This document shows, piece after piece, positions 24,101-37,265 of a stretch of DNA of 64,000 bases. The notes under the pieces are model-generated. The model did not search any database. It was not told the DNA's origin and worked only from the letters and a program-made list of their open reading frames with translations. Within the stretch, counting starts at the first letter, position 1. Each line of letters begins with the position of its first letter. The stretch lies in NCBI GenBank assembly GCA_020137815.1, contig CM035361.1, forward strand, positions 2,976,001 through 3,040,000. The letters are read 5' to 3'. Source of the DNA: Hormiphora californensis (taxonomy: Eukaryota; Animalia; Ctenophora). The position numbers and the translations under genes were made by a program.

Positions 24101-27100
24101 GGAGGGCATCGTTGCTGGCTGTTAACCGCTTGGTTACCTCGGATAACTCATTCTCCAGTTCTCTCTTGGTTAACATTGTCATATCACGTTCCTGCGAATA
24201 GTGACTGTTTTACATTTTACCAAAGACTTATTATTATAATAGGGCAGCCTGTCACGCTCATTGAAAATTATTATACATTTTAGACACGTATGATATTTTC
24301 CATATAATTAGTTTCTAGATGATTAACACATTTTAATGACATTTTGAAGATGATATATTGGTATCTCGATCTGACACTTGACAGACTTGACAGACATGAC
24401 AGACATGACAGACATGACAGACATGACAGACATGACAGACATGACAGACATGACAGACATGACAGACATGACAGACATGACAGACATATGACAGACATGA
24501 CAGACATGACAGACATGACAGACATGACAGACATGACAGACATGACAGACATGTCATACCTTTTGTAGAAGAGATATGGTAGCGGTATGTCCCTGAGTGT
24601 GTTCCTTCTCTTTACTGCACTCTGCCACCAGCCTCATGATCGTCTCCCTGTTTGCCTTACCCTCCAACTCCTGGGGATGATCACTTGGTCAGACAAACAG
24701 ACAGACAGACAGAGATATATAAGGACAGACAGACAGACAGGCAAGTAGACAGACAAGCATATATTGTGATCCAGACAATTACAGTTGTAAGATTAGGTTA
24801 GAAAGATTTTAATTAGCTCTATAATTGCAACCTAGTAGGTTGCCAACCTACCTGAGAGTGAACACTCTTCTCCAAAGCTGAGATCTTCTCTTTGTAACTT
24901 TCCTCCGCGTGAACTGCAAGGGAGAAACAGATCAGCAACTAAGGTAATATCCCATCACCAAAACTCGCCCCAGACCTACCCTAGGGTGGGTCTGGAGGGG
25001 GTTTGGGAATTGTCCGGGGGAGAGGGAGCTCCCTCTCCCCCGGAAATTCCCAAACCCCCTCCAGAACCACCTAAACCCTCCCCAGAACCACCTAAACCCT
25101 TTCCAGAGATCCACCTAAACCCTCCCCAGAACCACCTAAACCCCCTCCAGATCCACCTAAACCCTCCCCAGATCCACCTAAACCCTTTCCCCAGATCCAC
25201 CTAAACCCTCCCTAGATCCACCTAAACCCTCCCTAGATCCACCTAAACCCTTTCCCCAGAACCACCTAAACCCTTTCCCCAGGACTAACCCAACTCCACA
25301 ATTTTGTTGATGGCAGGCTCATGTTCACCAGCGGGGGCCGGATCCATCTGGAGGCACGTCCTTATCCGAGCAGAGAGATCCAGGTACTAGAAGAGAGAAG
25401 GTCAGAGAAATCTATGTGATGGAGGGAAAGTGTTGAGAGCTGTTATTACACACGATATCTTGTCTTTTTGACCTATTCCAAAAGTAAGGTAAGTTATGAT
25501 ATTACCGGGCTCTCTTTTCATTCATTTCAACCCCCCCCCCATTATTTACCAGATCTTGCCATTTCTTCATTGTTGCCAAAGTGTTGCTCATCTTACTGTC
25601 AGTTTCAGTCAACTTATCTACCTACGCAAAATATGATCACTTTTAACTATCCATTGGTTGAATAAGTAGTTATGTTCTAACCCTCATTTAAGATTATAAA
25701 CGAGGCAAACAAATAAAATTACAGTTTTAATAAATCACAATTATATTACCTCAGCCTGAAGTTTTGAGTTCAAGCCCTCCAGAGTTTCATCTTTGAGAGA
25801 AACATCTCTCTTAGCATTAGCCAGGGATAATCTGAATCAGCTGCATACTTCGGCAATTCGTGAATAGTTCTGGAGGGAGGAGGAGGGGGAGAAGAGAGGA
25901 GTGGGAATGGGAACGCAGCGAGGAGAGGGGTTTAGGAGGTTGGAAGGGAACGGGAGGGGCGCAGGAGTGAGGCGATGGGCTTTGGGAGGGGAGGAGTGCA
26001 GAGGAGGGACGGGAGGACACCTCGGCGACGGGGATACCGTGAGGGAGGGAGGGAGGGGGAGGGGACGGGAGGGAGAGAGGAGGGAAGGTGGCGAGGGAGG
26101 GAGGGAGGAGGGAGGGAGTGAGAGGGACGGGAAGAGGGACACGGGAGGGGAAAGGGGAGGGACCGGCAGAAAGAGGCATCCCAGGGAGGGAGGGGAGGGA
26201 GGGTAGGGAGGGAGGGGGAACGGGCGAGAAGGTGGACGGAGGAAGGAAGGGAGGGAGGGGAGGAAGGGATGAGAGAGAGGAGGGTAGGAGGGAGATCGGA
26301 GGGAGGAGAAATGGCAGAGGGATGGAGGGAGGAGGGAGGGAGGGAAAGGGGGGGAGGGGGGGAGGGAGGGAGGGAGGAGGGAGGGGAAAAAAAAGGGAGG
26401 GGGGAGGGGGGAGGGAGGGGGGGAGGGGGGGAGGGGGGGGGAGGGAGGGAGGGAGGGGGGGGAGGGAGGGAGGGAGGGAGAGAAGAGGAGGGAGGGAGTA
26501 GAGGATGATGGTGATGATGCCTGCAATGAATAGCATTACTTTGGGAACTGGTGGTTAACTGCGGCAGACTCTATCTAGAAAACAGTATATACCCGTACGG
26601 ACCAGACGGAAAATGCCGTACAAGAGGTTGAACTGTTTGTACTGTCTCTACTTTCTGCGCTCCCCAAAAACAAGAGGGAGAGAATGGGGAATATGGAATA
26701 AAGTCCGATTTTTAATAATGTGAACGGGGGGCACTTAATTCCATTTGCGCATGCTAAATTCTGTTCCTGATAAGATAGAGACTTTTCATTGGTCGCATTG
26801 GAAAGATACAGTTTTTGTCTTTCCAACGCAACCAAGATCAAGTCTTCATCTTATCAGGAGCCAGAGACATGGTCGAAACAAATGAAGAAAAAACTTTCCA
26901 CGGTGGTGGGAAAATTTTTGCGCGCCCCCCGTTTAATTATTAAAAATCACGGAAAAAGAGGAAGGAAAGATAGGGAGATTAGGAAGAGAAGGGGGAGAGA
27001 GAGAGAGAGAGGAGAGAGAGAGACAGAGAGAGAGGAAAAGAAGGAACGGGAAAAACGAGAAGAGGGAGAGAGAGAGAGAGAGAAAACGAGAGGGGAAGGA

Positions 27101-27126
27101 GAGAGAGAGAGAGAGAGATGAGATGA

Positions 27127-27159
<33 letters not shown>

Positions 27160-30100
27160 AGAGACGAAGGGGCGGTTGACACACCAGTCAAGGGGAACCC
27201 TCTCCGAGAGGGGAAATGGCCCAAGACGGGGCCCGTTTACTGACCCATCTCGAAGTGACCCCGCTCAGCAAAGGATCGAATCCGACAGGGGAGGGAATCA
27301 AATTATGGTTTAAATCATGGGAGAGGGAATTACAAATCTAGGGGTCATGGGAGGGGGAATTTGAGATTGTGAAAAAGTAAAAGTCGTATGGGGCAAAAAC
27401 TTGGGGGGTGAATCACAAATCTAGGGGTCATCATGGGAGGGGGAATTCGAGATTGTGGAAAGGTCGTATGAGGTAAAAACTTGGTGGATGGAGAGGGGTG
27501 ATCACAGATCTGGGGGAGAGAGAATCACAGACATTTGGTTACGAAATAACCTGGCAAGGAGTAACTTCGTAACCAACACAGACCTAAAGTCCGTTTCAAG
27601 CGACTTGACCCGTAATTCTTGGAATTTGGCGCATTGCGTGTGTACAGTCGGACCCCGATTTAGTGGCATCCTCGGGGGAAAAATCCTGCCACTAAATCGG
27701 GGTGCCACTAAATCGGGGTCAAATAATGTTAATTTCCTATATCGGGGGAAGAAAAAATCCTGCCACTAAATCGGGGTGCCACTAAATCGGGGGCCACTAA
27801 ATCGGGGTCCGACTGTATTTACAAAGGGGAAATCCTGAATTTCCAGGAATCTCAGGTCAAGTCGTTTGAAACGCACTTTATTAGGGGAGGGGGAATCACA
27901 GAACCAGCCAACTCAGTGCTCCACAGTTGCACGTGCATAACAACTGCGCGCGCGGAGAGTGGTCGCGCGAGATATCCCACCAGACCTCACATCGCGCGTT
28001 CCACACAACAGCTTCGCAACCCAGCCCCTCCTGTGCATTGGTCACCATGCAGCATGGTGCTGCACATGTGTCACGAGCATGCTTCTGCTGCTGCTGCTGA
28101 CTTGATGTTCTAGAGACAGAGCATGCATAGAAACTATTCACTCTTTCTCTCCTGTCCAACAGAAAACATAATCTTCCCGTAAAAAGGAGAGGGTGTCGTG
28201 TAAAGCAGTTAAAAAGAGCAAAAAGTGGGAAATTTTAACAAACCACCACCCCAGCTCCGGATGTGTATTAAAGAAAACCCCGCCAGCACAAGTTTCAATT
28301 TCTCCTTTTAAATTGTACCGCTTCTACACACAAGTGCAGGATCATATGGCTACCAACGTTTGCTTCTCACACATACAATTACACAGCAAGCAGAAACAAC
28401 TGCTAACTGCTATCTCTAGTCTCTACATGACTTGATGCTTGAAGGAGCAATAAAAACAGTAAAAAAAGGTAGAAAAGCACTCGACCGAAAAACCGCTTTT
28501 TAAAACGCTTTGAAAAGCGGTTTTCTAGGAGCATTGCTTGTTGGCCAAAAACCGACAAACTCGTGCTAAATACTGTATCTAAGCTACGTTACTGAAAGTA
28601 TGAACAGTGAAGGATGAACAACAAAGGTTAACTTACATCATTGTTAAGCCGGTTAACCTTGACCTGCTCAGCTGCAAGATCACTCGCCCTTCCCTCGTGC
28701 TCTCGCCGCTGGGCTGCTATCTGCAGGCGGAGAGGTTGAGAGGTTACTTGGGGACAACCTAATAGCGTGGTCGGTTGAGAGGTTACTTGGGGACAAGTTG
28801 GGGACGCCCTTTTTAACCAACTTTAATTTCCTTAGCTGGTATAAAAAAAGGAAAGTTGGGGGGGCAAAGGGGGACTCGACCCCAAAAAACCCGGGGGGGC
28901 CCCCGATTTCCGGGGTAAACCCCTTCCCAGGGGGGAGCCGGAAATCGGGCCACTGTTATAAAAATTTTTCCCCTTTCCGGCACGAGACGTTTTACAGCCC
29001 TGAAACATCCCGGACAGCCTGCAGGCCCCCGCCGAGAGGCAATTTTACAAACCCTGCGAACCCACAAAAAGGGGGAGAGGGGGGAAGGGGGGGGGGGAAA
29101 AGGGGGGGGGGGGGGGAAAATAAATTTCAGAAAAAGAGTGGGGGGGGGCCCCAAAAAACCCGGGGGGGGGGTAGGGGGGGAAAAATTTTGGGGGGAAAGG
29201 GGCAAAGGGGGGGGGGGGGGGGGGGGTTTTTTTTAAAACCCTTTTTATTTTAAGGCGGGGAAAAGGGGGAAAAGGGGGGAAAAGGTGGAGGCAGGGGGAA
29301 AAGAAAAAAGGGGGGGAAAAAAAGGGTGAAGGGGGGGTGTGGGGGGGGAATTTTGAGTGAGATGTAGAGAATAAATAAATATGTTGTTTCCTAAAAAAGG
29401 CCTTTGTATTCATAAATACAGATGATCGTGATCATGAGAATTGTGTTAACAGACGGATGTTTTAATACATGCGTTTTGGAAACACATGTTTTAAATGGGC
29501 TTTTTTCCCTTCCCCCTTTTCCCCCACTCCCTTTTCCCCTCTCTCTCTCTCTCCCCTCTCTCTTTTCTTTTTTTCTCTTCTTTTTCCCCTCCTCTCTTCC
29601 TCTTCTCTTTTCCTCTCCCCCTTTTCTCTCTCTCTCTCTCTTTCTCTCTTTTTTTTTTCCCCCCAATCTCCCCCTTACAGTAGATAGGATTAGAAATTGT
29701 TGCTATGGCAACCCTCACACACTCCCACATACAACACACAAACGCATTCTCAATGATTTGCAATCAAAAGCTCGATGGAGCCTACTTTCAATCCTCGGAC
29801 CTCAATTAATCGAAATTAGGGTTAAAAGGGGAAAATTTAGGAGGGAAAAGAATCCCAAAAAATGAAAAACCCCAAAAGGGGGGGGGGGGGCCAAAAAGAA
29901 TTCCCGCCTCATCCGGGGGGGAAATTTTTTTAAAGGGGGGTTTAAAATTTTTGGAAATTTTCCCCATTTTTGGGCCCCAAAAAACCCTTTTTTTTTTTTA
30001 AAATCTTTCTTTTCTTCCCCACTTTATTTTTTCCTCTCCTCCCCCTTTAAAAATTCTCATCTTTTTTTTCATCTTTTTTATTTCAAACTTACCGGTTGTA

Positions 30101-32436
30101 AGCCCTCCAATTTTTTTCAGTTTAAGTTCTTGGACAATTCCCAAATTTGGGTTTTCCCCGGGGGGGGCCCCCCGGGAAAAATTTTAAAAAAAACCTTTTA
30201 AAAAAAAAGGGGGTTTAGCAGGGTTTTGGGGAGGGCCCTTGGAAAAGAAAGGGGGAAAAAAAGGAAAAGGGGGAAAAAGAGAGGGAAAAAAAAGAAAAGG
30301 AGGGGGAAGAAAAAGGGGACCCAGGAAAAATTTTTTTTTTTAAAAAGGAAAACGGGGGAAAAAAAAAAATTTTTTCCCCCCCTTTTTTTTTCCCTTTCTC
30401 TTTCCCTTTTTCCCCTTCTCAACTTTTCCCCCTTTCATTTCCCTCCAAATTTTATGTTTTTCAAAATTTTGTCAAAAACCAAATTTAAAAAAAAACTGGG
30501 GGGGGGGGGAAAGGTCCGGAAAAAAAATTTATTTTAAAAAAAGGGGATAACCTTGTAGCCCCCTTTGATGAGACAGTTCTAATCTTGTTTCCTTACAATC
30601 TCTCCCCTCTTTGTTTTGGGCCAGCTTTATTCCCTCTACTCCTCTATCGAGATGTATAGCCGAGATAGACTATTCGAAGAGGACATATAGAGAGAGAAGG
30701 CGATCTAGAAGAGATAGCTCGAACTTCAATAGCTAATATCTCTCTTCTATCTCTATCCTCTCTATCGATACTCTCTCTCTCTATCTTTCTCTCTCTTTTT
30801 CTCTCTCTCTCTCTCTCTCTCTAATCTCTTTCTCTCTCTCTCTCTCCCTCACTCTCTACATCTTTCCCTCTGCATTGTAGGCGCCTCCGAAATTGTGTGC
30901 ATGTTGTTTACAGTTCTCGTAAAACAAGGACAGCAATTTGAGGAAAATAAACTGGGGGGGGGGGGAACAAACAGAACTAACCGGAACTAACTTGTATTAT
31001 CAATCTTTATGGAGTGGGGATAAATTAAATCTGTTTTTTACCGTTAATTAGACTTTTTAATGAGATAATTAGAGTCATCAATGATTGATGTTCTGATGTA
31101 AAAGAAGTGTGATCAAGTTGTTGAAAAGTAGGGGAGACCAAAAGAAAGAGAGGAAGGATTCAAATAAAGAGAGGATTAAGAAGGATTCAAGGAAAAAGAG
31201 GATTATTAGGAGGGTGTCAAAGAAAGAGAGGTGGTCAAAGAATGGACTCATTGTTCATTGTCTCCCCATCTTTCTGACAAGCAGGAACAGCCCGCATTTC
31301 CCCCCTCCAATAATGTCTCTCCTGCCCCTGCATCAAGCTCTGCTTGTTTCCCTACTTCTCTAAAAAGTGTGCCGACTAAAGGGTGTCCCATTCCTCAACA
31401 TCCCACAAATGTGCACATTTCCCCTCCATTCCTTCAATATTTTATGTATCCCATGTCAAACTCTGCTTGTCTCCCTACTTCTATCTTTCCTACTCTCTTG
31501 TAGGCTACAAAGTGTGCCGACTATAACATATCATAAGAACTCGTCACTCGACGAGGGGAAAATTAATTCAGGGGACGGGGAAGATTGAAAGACAGATATA
31601 ATATCCTTGTTAGTATTGGGGAGATTGGGCAAGGATCGAAGATTGTAAAACTGCGACAGCTCATTTTTTCACGGTTTGGGAATCTTTTTTCAGTCCTAAA
31701 AAAGTGTTACTGAATTCCGGCGGTTCGTTATGCGCGTTACCGGTAGTTTCAGGACCATAGCAAGCAGGAAACGCGAGTTACAAGTGATTCCATGCTGTGT
31801 GCGGCTGGGTTGGTTTTAGATGTTGGGTCACATTAGGCGGACTAAGTTTGCAAAAATAGCAGGAAAAATTGTGCGGCGGGCAACTTGAACCGCCTTAGTC
31901 ATTTTCCAGGGTTTATAATTTCACATCAACTACCAAATAATTATTACCGTCTTCACATTTGTCTTTAATACAAGTCATTGCAATATAATTGCAGCCTTCT
32001 CACAACAAATGTTTTTGTTGTTGTTTGTATCCATGGTAACAACCCGAGCCCCGCTGTTAAATTAGTCGAGGAGGTCCATTTCATATTTGGAAACAAAAGC
32101 TCCAGCCCTTTTTGTAATTATGGCTTTGTCCCCCGCCCTCTAAACACCCCTTGCCCCTTCCATTATACTCCTAGAACATGAGTCTCACACTTTGGGTTGA
32201 GGAAACTGATCCATTACGTGAAATGAGAGTCCTCGTGTGTACAGTCGGACCCCGATTTACCGGGATGCTTGGGGGTTTTGTTCGATGAATCGAGGTCCGA
32301 CTGTACTAACAAGTCTCAGTGACTGTCCCACACTTTCGAAAGTGCTATACATCATCATCATCATCCCTACAATTAGAAGAATATAATGTTGAGCGTGTAA
32401 GAAGTTCGTCATGCTTTTAGATTTGTGCAACACACT

Positions 32437-32506
<70 letters not shown>

Positions 32507-32568
32507 CGTGCGTGTTTCTGCTCTCTAGCAGCGTATCACAAGCTGACAGTACCTGCTTGACAGACGGG

Positions 32569-32659
<91 letters not shown>

Positions 32660-34393
32660 GTGAGAGAGAGAGAGAGAGAGAGAGGACAGGAAAAAAAGAG
32701 AGAGAGGAAGCAATAGCTATTGAAAGATATGATGAAAGTGATTGGAGAGCAGTGTAAAATATGTGTATTTATCCCGGTGCAACCAGGGGGTCCCCACCTA
32801 AGTTAATGGAGTGGTCAGTGTGGTCACACCTAAAAGTTCACTATCGACCCCTGACGACCTGTCATTTCAAAGAGCAGAGGACGGGAAGAGTTTTAGACCA
32901 TCTCTCAGGTTGTACACATGGTCACACACCACAATTGTTCGTGGAGATGACATTAAAAAAGAGGTAGATGGAGAAGGAGGAGGCGAGGGTATGTTTTAAA
33001 ATTAGGAATTTAGAAGGGTCTACTTGTTGAAAATGAGACGTGATATTAAACCGTGTACAGTACACACATTATTAAATGGCGGGGGAGGATACTAGGATAG
33101 GTTATTATATGTTGGATTGGGTGGTATGATATAGGACATTGGGTGGTATGATAGGACATTAATTGTTGTATTTAGGTGTTGTTAGGGGCTGATCGTTTAA
33201 GGAAGGACCCAGGGGGTCAAATCTTGTTATATGTTCTAACCATCCTTTACAATACAAATTTGCAGGGCGTGGTGAGATGAAAAAAAAGCTTCAATACATA
33301 CCATGGCATATACCGATGTTTGATGTCGAGCAGACTTTATCTCTGTCCCGAATGATATATTACTTGACCTGGAACAATGAATAGAATTAGTAGTAGTATT
33401 TAAGGCATATTTTATTGTGGAAATATTATTGGACTAGCGCACCCATTGGGTGCGCCTCAAGTAAGGGTTTTTTGATAACCCACCCGGCTTCGCCGAGTGG
33501 TTCTTTTCGCCACTTTTAACGTCAATAACACGGTTGCCATGGCAACTGAATTGATAACTATGGGGACTGGCATGTTAAAAGGCATTCGAAAATATTAAAA
33601 AACTTCCGCTGGAAGTTCCAAAACTGTGAGTAACAGCTTTACAGCTTTGGGCACATAGAGTGTTTTATGAAGGAGCAGCCTGTCGCTTAGATACCGCCTA
33701 ACGAACGACTTCGACGCGACATCTCCAAATTATAATAGAGATAATTTGAGGCAGTACATTCCATACAACTGTCAACCACCTGTACTAAACTGTGGGCGTC
33801 TTGGAACCAAAGAGTAACAGTAGTAGTATGACGATTGACGAAAAAACGGAAGAAAAAATTAAAATATACACGAAATAAACCTGAGTTTAGCTATTTCGTT
33901 GTCTCTTTTATCAATTTCAACCTTTAAGTTATTCATCTGTTCCCCCAACTGAAAAAGTTATCATTTAATATTGGCCGACCCCAGGATAATTTAAAAATAA
34001 ATTTAAGTCACAAATTGTCTTTTGTTCTTTTAATTAAATTATAACGATCTCACCTTCTCTTACCTTAATAAACCATAACGATCTCACCTTCTCTTACCTT
34101 AATAAACCATAACGATCTCAACTTCTCTTACCTTACTTAACTATAACGATCTCACTTTCTCTTACCTTAATAAACCATAACGATCTCACTTTCTCTTACC
34201 TTAATAAACTATAACGATCTCACTTTCTCTTACATTACTAAACTATAACGATCTCACTTTCTCTTACCTCAATGACCATTCGTTGGGACGAGCTCGTTTC
34301 ACCTATTTTACCCCTTGGTGACAATATCTTTAGAGTTGTGACGGAGCTGTCTCCGTTGATTTTGGGTAACATCGAAGTCTCTCCGGTTGCCAT
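12710..34393 (-). CDS. CCDC170: Coiled-coil domain-containing protein 170-like, multi-exon
   Basis: Exons: 34393-34268, 33948-33881, 33368-33302, (probable degraded exon ~30640-30552), 28720-28664, 26574-26540, 25831-25750, 25386-25290, 24913-24852, 24670-24560, 24191-24091, 23905-23778, 23665-23580, 23294-23196, 22984-22880, 15076-14957, 14694-14542, 14388-14308, 14174-14067, 13989-13891, 13521-13432, 13241-13128, 12841-12710. Motifs ELEGKANRETIMRLVAE, LEQKELHMSLQRQK, TELKAKL and LPDYEILSRLEKLVEAHQ match recalled CCDC170 sequence. N-terminal exons are less certain. Confidence 0.85.
15036..15720. repeat. ~120-bp tandem repeat (x6) carrying the acceptor and first ~42 nt of the CCDC170 exon 15076-14957
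   Basis: Six copies of ggagg(g/a)tgtt..ctag.tcctccaaata(c/t)cgcatcaactg, separated by (AG)n and gggaaataaggactacagagggataaaggg. Confidence 0.9.
17536..17684 (+). ncRNA. HDV-like (delta-like) self-cleaving ribozyme at the RTE 5' end
   Basis: P1 GCTCCT(17536-41)/AGGAGT(17625-30) with G1-U wobble; J1/2 hairpin CTCTCTACTG/CAGTAGGGGG; P2 TGCACT(17587-92)/AGTGCA(17679-84); P3 AGG(17594-96)/CCT(17622-24); L3 begins TCC, able to pair with GG 17631-32 (P1.1); P4 CCACGC/GCGTGG containing a GTAA-capped stem; J4/2 GCTAA with candidate catalytic C17673. Confidence 0.78.
17874..20807 (+). CDS. Apurinic-like endonuclease + reverse transcriptase polyprotein (RTE clade), 977 aa, intact
   Basis: APE motifs TFNCRTL, LQEHR, VAGDFNA, LDYIL, SDHR; RT motifs NYRGISL, FLDFVKAFDS, GVLQGDTLAPYLF, DFADD, FKYLGS; C-terminal RLRLAGHAVR...RRGRPKQT typical of RTE. 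Confidence 0.96.
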   Translation: MTRLNTRIGTFNCRTLRVKEKLKELVYQFADNGLGIITLQEHRIVHADTVRQIQAGLGETLITSTAWRNSAGASVGGVGVLMRTEYSKLICEIRAVSHRILAITLAGNPKLTVISVYSPTECANVEEVEKFHHDLRDYINTVPAHNLLVVAGDFNARIGWEDSGFGWYLHQHTSRNGELLQETVEETRLEVANVRFRKNKGRLWTFLSDGTGRKATLDYILVRRKWRNSIKDVDTSEALSSIGSDHRLLVARVKVTLRKRKLAPGRPNLDYSALKKDPELQERFSVEVRNRFAVLSPTGCTDASERYGGLIQAVEETSKKLLGKKRKRLKDTVAEDFRVKRAREDLESATARYHTSPSEETRSTVKEGKEALTEAYLAVEEEHLDRKIKSVERATRNAKTKESWRLVNEISGRKDKHPIQIEGTSPDDRKAKWFSHFQLLLGTEPPDEVDQDIPEVFPRADIYDGPFTEEEFKKAKDRIKEDKAYGNDAIAPEILKRCDIDDLVLTFCNDALCGKGIPEQWTLSNIVPVPKKGDLSQPGNYRGISLTSIVAKTLNRMLLHRIRPYIETVLLDSQNGFREERSTVSHILTLRRLIEGATAKQLPLAVAFLDFVKAFDSINRKRMIKVLRAYGIPGKIVDLIQWMYSNTRAQVLTPDGLTDIFEIVAGVLQGDTLAPYLFIIVLDYCMRTALERHPDIGFTLKPARSRRVRAERVTDTDFADDVALLADSVEDLGVIMREVESVCKEVGLEINRAKTEFMVEGIPDPGPLHSIDGTRIKLSEDFKYLGSWVRDSKRDIKVRKAKAWNACHGLRTVWNSKLNDKIKARLFVATVETVLLYGCESWTLTKDMERSLDGTYTRMLRMALNKNQYLLKMSNATLYGIGNLPILSTKIAERRLRLAGHAVRHPELTLNKVIQHKLWEPLHGNSRRGRPKQTFVDVLRRDTGLRETSELATVMTDRVGWRSVIHGVRKYHSWNPP
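20875..21048. mobile_element. TTAA-flanked MITE with GGCC termini (Kolobok-like)
   Basis: ttaa|ggccaaaggg...ccctctggcc|ttaa. The paralogous site in unit 1 (~16723) has a single TTAA, i.e. an empty site. Confidence 0.8.
21978..22136. mobile_element. Second copy of the TTAA-flanked GGCC MITE at the paralogous intron position
   Basis: ttaa|ggccagaggg...ccctctggcc|ttaa; nearly identical to 20875-21048. Confidence 0.8.
23945..24070. repeat. 36-bp tandem repeat (~3.5 copies)
   Basis: ctctctttagtaaaagtaacaatctctattctg repeated. Confidence 0.85.
24379..24555. repeat. 9-bp minisatellite (GACAGACAT)n
   Basis: Direct inspection. Confidence 0.95.
25050..25282. repeat. ~21-bp minisatellite (CCACCTAAACCCTCCCCAGA(A/T))n
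   Basis: About 11 copies next to the donor of the CCDC170 exon 25386-25290. Confidence 0.9.
27645..27815. mobile_element. Tc1/pogo-type MITE (CAGTCGG family)
   Basis: TA-flanked, same TIR. Other copies or fragments at 23493-23571, 32242-32303 and 55225-55290. Confidence 0.85.
34040..34268. repeat. ~37-bp tandem repeat (x6-7) reiterating the CCDC170 first-exon splice donor
   Basis: Unit ataacgatctcactttctcttaccttaataaac; on the minus strand each copy contains g|gtaagagaa, the same as the real donor at 34267. Confidence 0.88.
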
Positions 34394-34918
34394 GGTATAA
34401 AAAGTCTAAAATTGATGAAGGAGTTAATATATTGAACACACCTCGTTCAACAGAATAATCGGTAAAAATCTCCCGAAACTTGGTCTTCGATATTAATTCT
34501 ATGTTTTCTCTGTCTACATATAATCTCCCTCTTTGTATGTCTCTCCTCGCCAACTTTCTAAAACATTTGAAATAGTCCGTGCTCATAAGTGGTTAACTGG
34601 ACTGAGCGGGAGACAGCTCAGTGTTAGAAAGATAACTGTTTGATAGACACAGAGATATTGAGAGATATTGCCTGGCTAGACTGTGTTTCGGGAGGGTTAG
34701 AACATAGCAAGAGAGATATTGAGCTTCGTAATTGACACACGTGCTATCATCTTTCCGGGAGCCAATGAAAAAAAGGTTGAAAGTTTTTCATAACGTTTCA
34801 TCAAAAACAGCTGATGGAGAAGGGAAGGCGTGGACTGTGGCACATGCAGTACACGTCTCTAATAAACGGACTAGTTATATATATATCTGCATTCATTTCG
34901 TTGTATCCTTTCTTGAAG

Positions 34919-36221
34919 ATGTTTCTCAAGCGATTGCTCCTTGTCGTTTTGCTGATTCACTCTGTGAATCCCGCAGGTTGGTAACAAACTATAAATTAAT
35001 TGAAAATATCCATGTTCATTATCGGTAGTTCATAGTTCGTTTTAAGCAAGAGCTTGGACCAGCTAGAAATTCCTGTCAGAAATCTGTGAGCCAAAATTAA
35101 TCACACTTGCAATATTATTTCAGCGTGGATTCCAGTTGAACCAGGGGCTCTGATCTCAAATTTTGATCTGGAGAGCACCCCTCTTCAAATCAAAACCAAC
35201 TCTGCAGCCGGGAGTGGGGAACAGATTATATTTTATGATCGGATTGTAGTGTATGCATACAACGGTGTGAGTTGGATTGGAGCACTGCAGGTGAAGTTCG
35301 CCTCTCCTATCCAATACCGAATCGACTACTGCGCCGGGTGGACTGATCTCCCAGTACAACCACCAGATGAAGTGAATAAGATTTGGACCATTAGAAAAAC
35401 GGCTACTAATCTCGGAATAGATTGCAATGAGGTGGAGGTTCTAAACTTCCAGTTCAGTGGTATAAACAGTGGTAAAGACTGTGTATCAAGGTGGGGAGGA
35501 GATAAAGTGAATCAGATACGCTTTCACTCCGACGATGCTGCATCAGACCACTACCGTCGAAAGCCAGGTAACGAAATTAACAAAAAAACATCATATGATT
35601 TTTCATGATTTTTTCTTCACCCAGATGCCTTTTGCAAAAAGGCATAGGGGTTTAGAAATCTAAACGGATATAGTGACTATGTGTAGCAAGTCAGCTCTCT
35701 TGTCCCGTTTCAGGTTGCGAGGGGCAACATGTAGCAACTAGAGCCACGCACACAACAACAACCTGCTCCTTCATAAACCACTTCATTGACACGTTTTCAG
35801 GAAATGTGTGGCGCACAATTCCGCAATGTGGCGCGCAATTTAGTGCTACTAAAACACAAGGATTTGTTCTATACTGTTTGCGTGATCTATAAATGATCCA
35901 AAATGTCTGTCCCGCCTTCGTGTTAGAAATGAAACGTTAGCGGGGAAACATAGCATTATGAAACATAATGCATTTATTCTTGTTTGCCATGATAAGCTGC
36001 ATATATATATCGAATCTCTTGAGACCATTTCTATTGATCAGCACAAACGTGTCCCGGCTTTACCGTGGACGGATCTGTGCAAGGAAGTTGGCACTACATT
36101 GTTCCTGGACAGACCGTGACGATCAACTGTCAGAAGAAGCACGTACGAGACGGTAGCCCTGAGATGACCTGTAATGACGATACAATTTGGGATGATGAAG
36201 TTCCTCTTTGCAGGAAACTGA
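34919..36221 (+). CDS. Secreted protein: signal peptide + family domain + Sushi/CCP (paralog of 16117-22764); terminal exon uncertain
   Basis: Exons 34919-34976 (MFLKRLLLVVLLIHSVNPA), 35124-35567 (WIPVEPGALISNFDLESTPLQIKTNS...DAASDHYRR) and 36042-36221 (CPGFTVDGSVQGSW...NCQKKHVRDGSPEMTCNDDTIWDDEVPLC), all phase 1 and open. Confidence 0.85.
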
Positions 36222-36682
36222 GTAAGTATGATTGTATGAGTGGTGAGTATGTCAGGGAAGTAGCCGTTGTATTTGGGTCTGGGCAATTTAACTTTTTTAC
36301 CCGACAAAAAGTTTGGGCAACTTTTTGTCAGCTAACTTCCCTTTTGACCATTTTTTCTAACTGTTCACGCCCTTTCAATGACATCTCAGGTTCCTGATCA
36401 GTCATAGAGATAAGAGACTTCGTCCGACTGCTGTGGAAATTTGAAGTTGTCACCAAAAATAAAATTCGTGAAATTGTGTAAAATAAATTGGTGAAATTTA
36501 TTACTTTTCGACGCGCGCATCCCTCCTGAAGGGCGCGCATTTGGGATCTGCAGCGCATTTCAAATGTTTACGCTGCAGCTCAGTCCCCTGTATTTTATCG
36601 CGATATCGGTTGTAGGTGGCCGCGCCGTCAAAAACGCACGCACTTGAGGACTTCAGATCCATCTGTTAAAAAGTGAAAGATA

Positions 36683-37114
<432 letters not shown>

Positions 37115-37265
37115 GGAATATAATATTCATTTACAGACAACGAATGTTTAAGATATCATTTCTTCAATCAAATATTTAACTTAAATCTCAAATAACGTAT
37201 AACATCTGTATTATGTAAAAACTTGAAATCGTGTAAAATGTCTATGGTCTATCGTCGTCAAAAGG

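Noticed and set aside
25870-26510. Pro-rich and Gly/Arg-rich ORFs (25817-26536 etc.) and possible G-quadruplex array
   Set aside because: Low-complexity G/A tract with irregular homopolymers inside a CCDC170 intron; probably a poorly resolved repeat.
26770-26853. Imperfect hairpin resembling a pre-miRNA
   Set aside because: No supporting evidence; more likely a decayed MITE, and it borders low-quality sequence.
28790-30900. ORFs in poly-G/A/T/C-rich sequence
   Set aside because: Pervasive homopolymer inflation (including a corrupted CAGTCGG-family MITE at ~28870-29000) indicates unpolished consensus; only a possible degraded CCDC170 exon near 30552-30640 is noted.
34308-34586. 92-aa minus-strand ORF as CCDC170 N-terminus
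   Set aside because: A different frame starting at ATG 34393 reads cleanly into the donor at 34267 in the phase required by the next exon.
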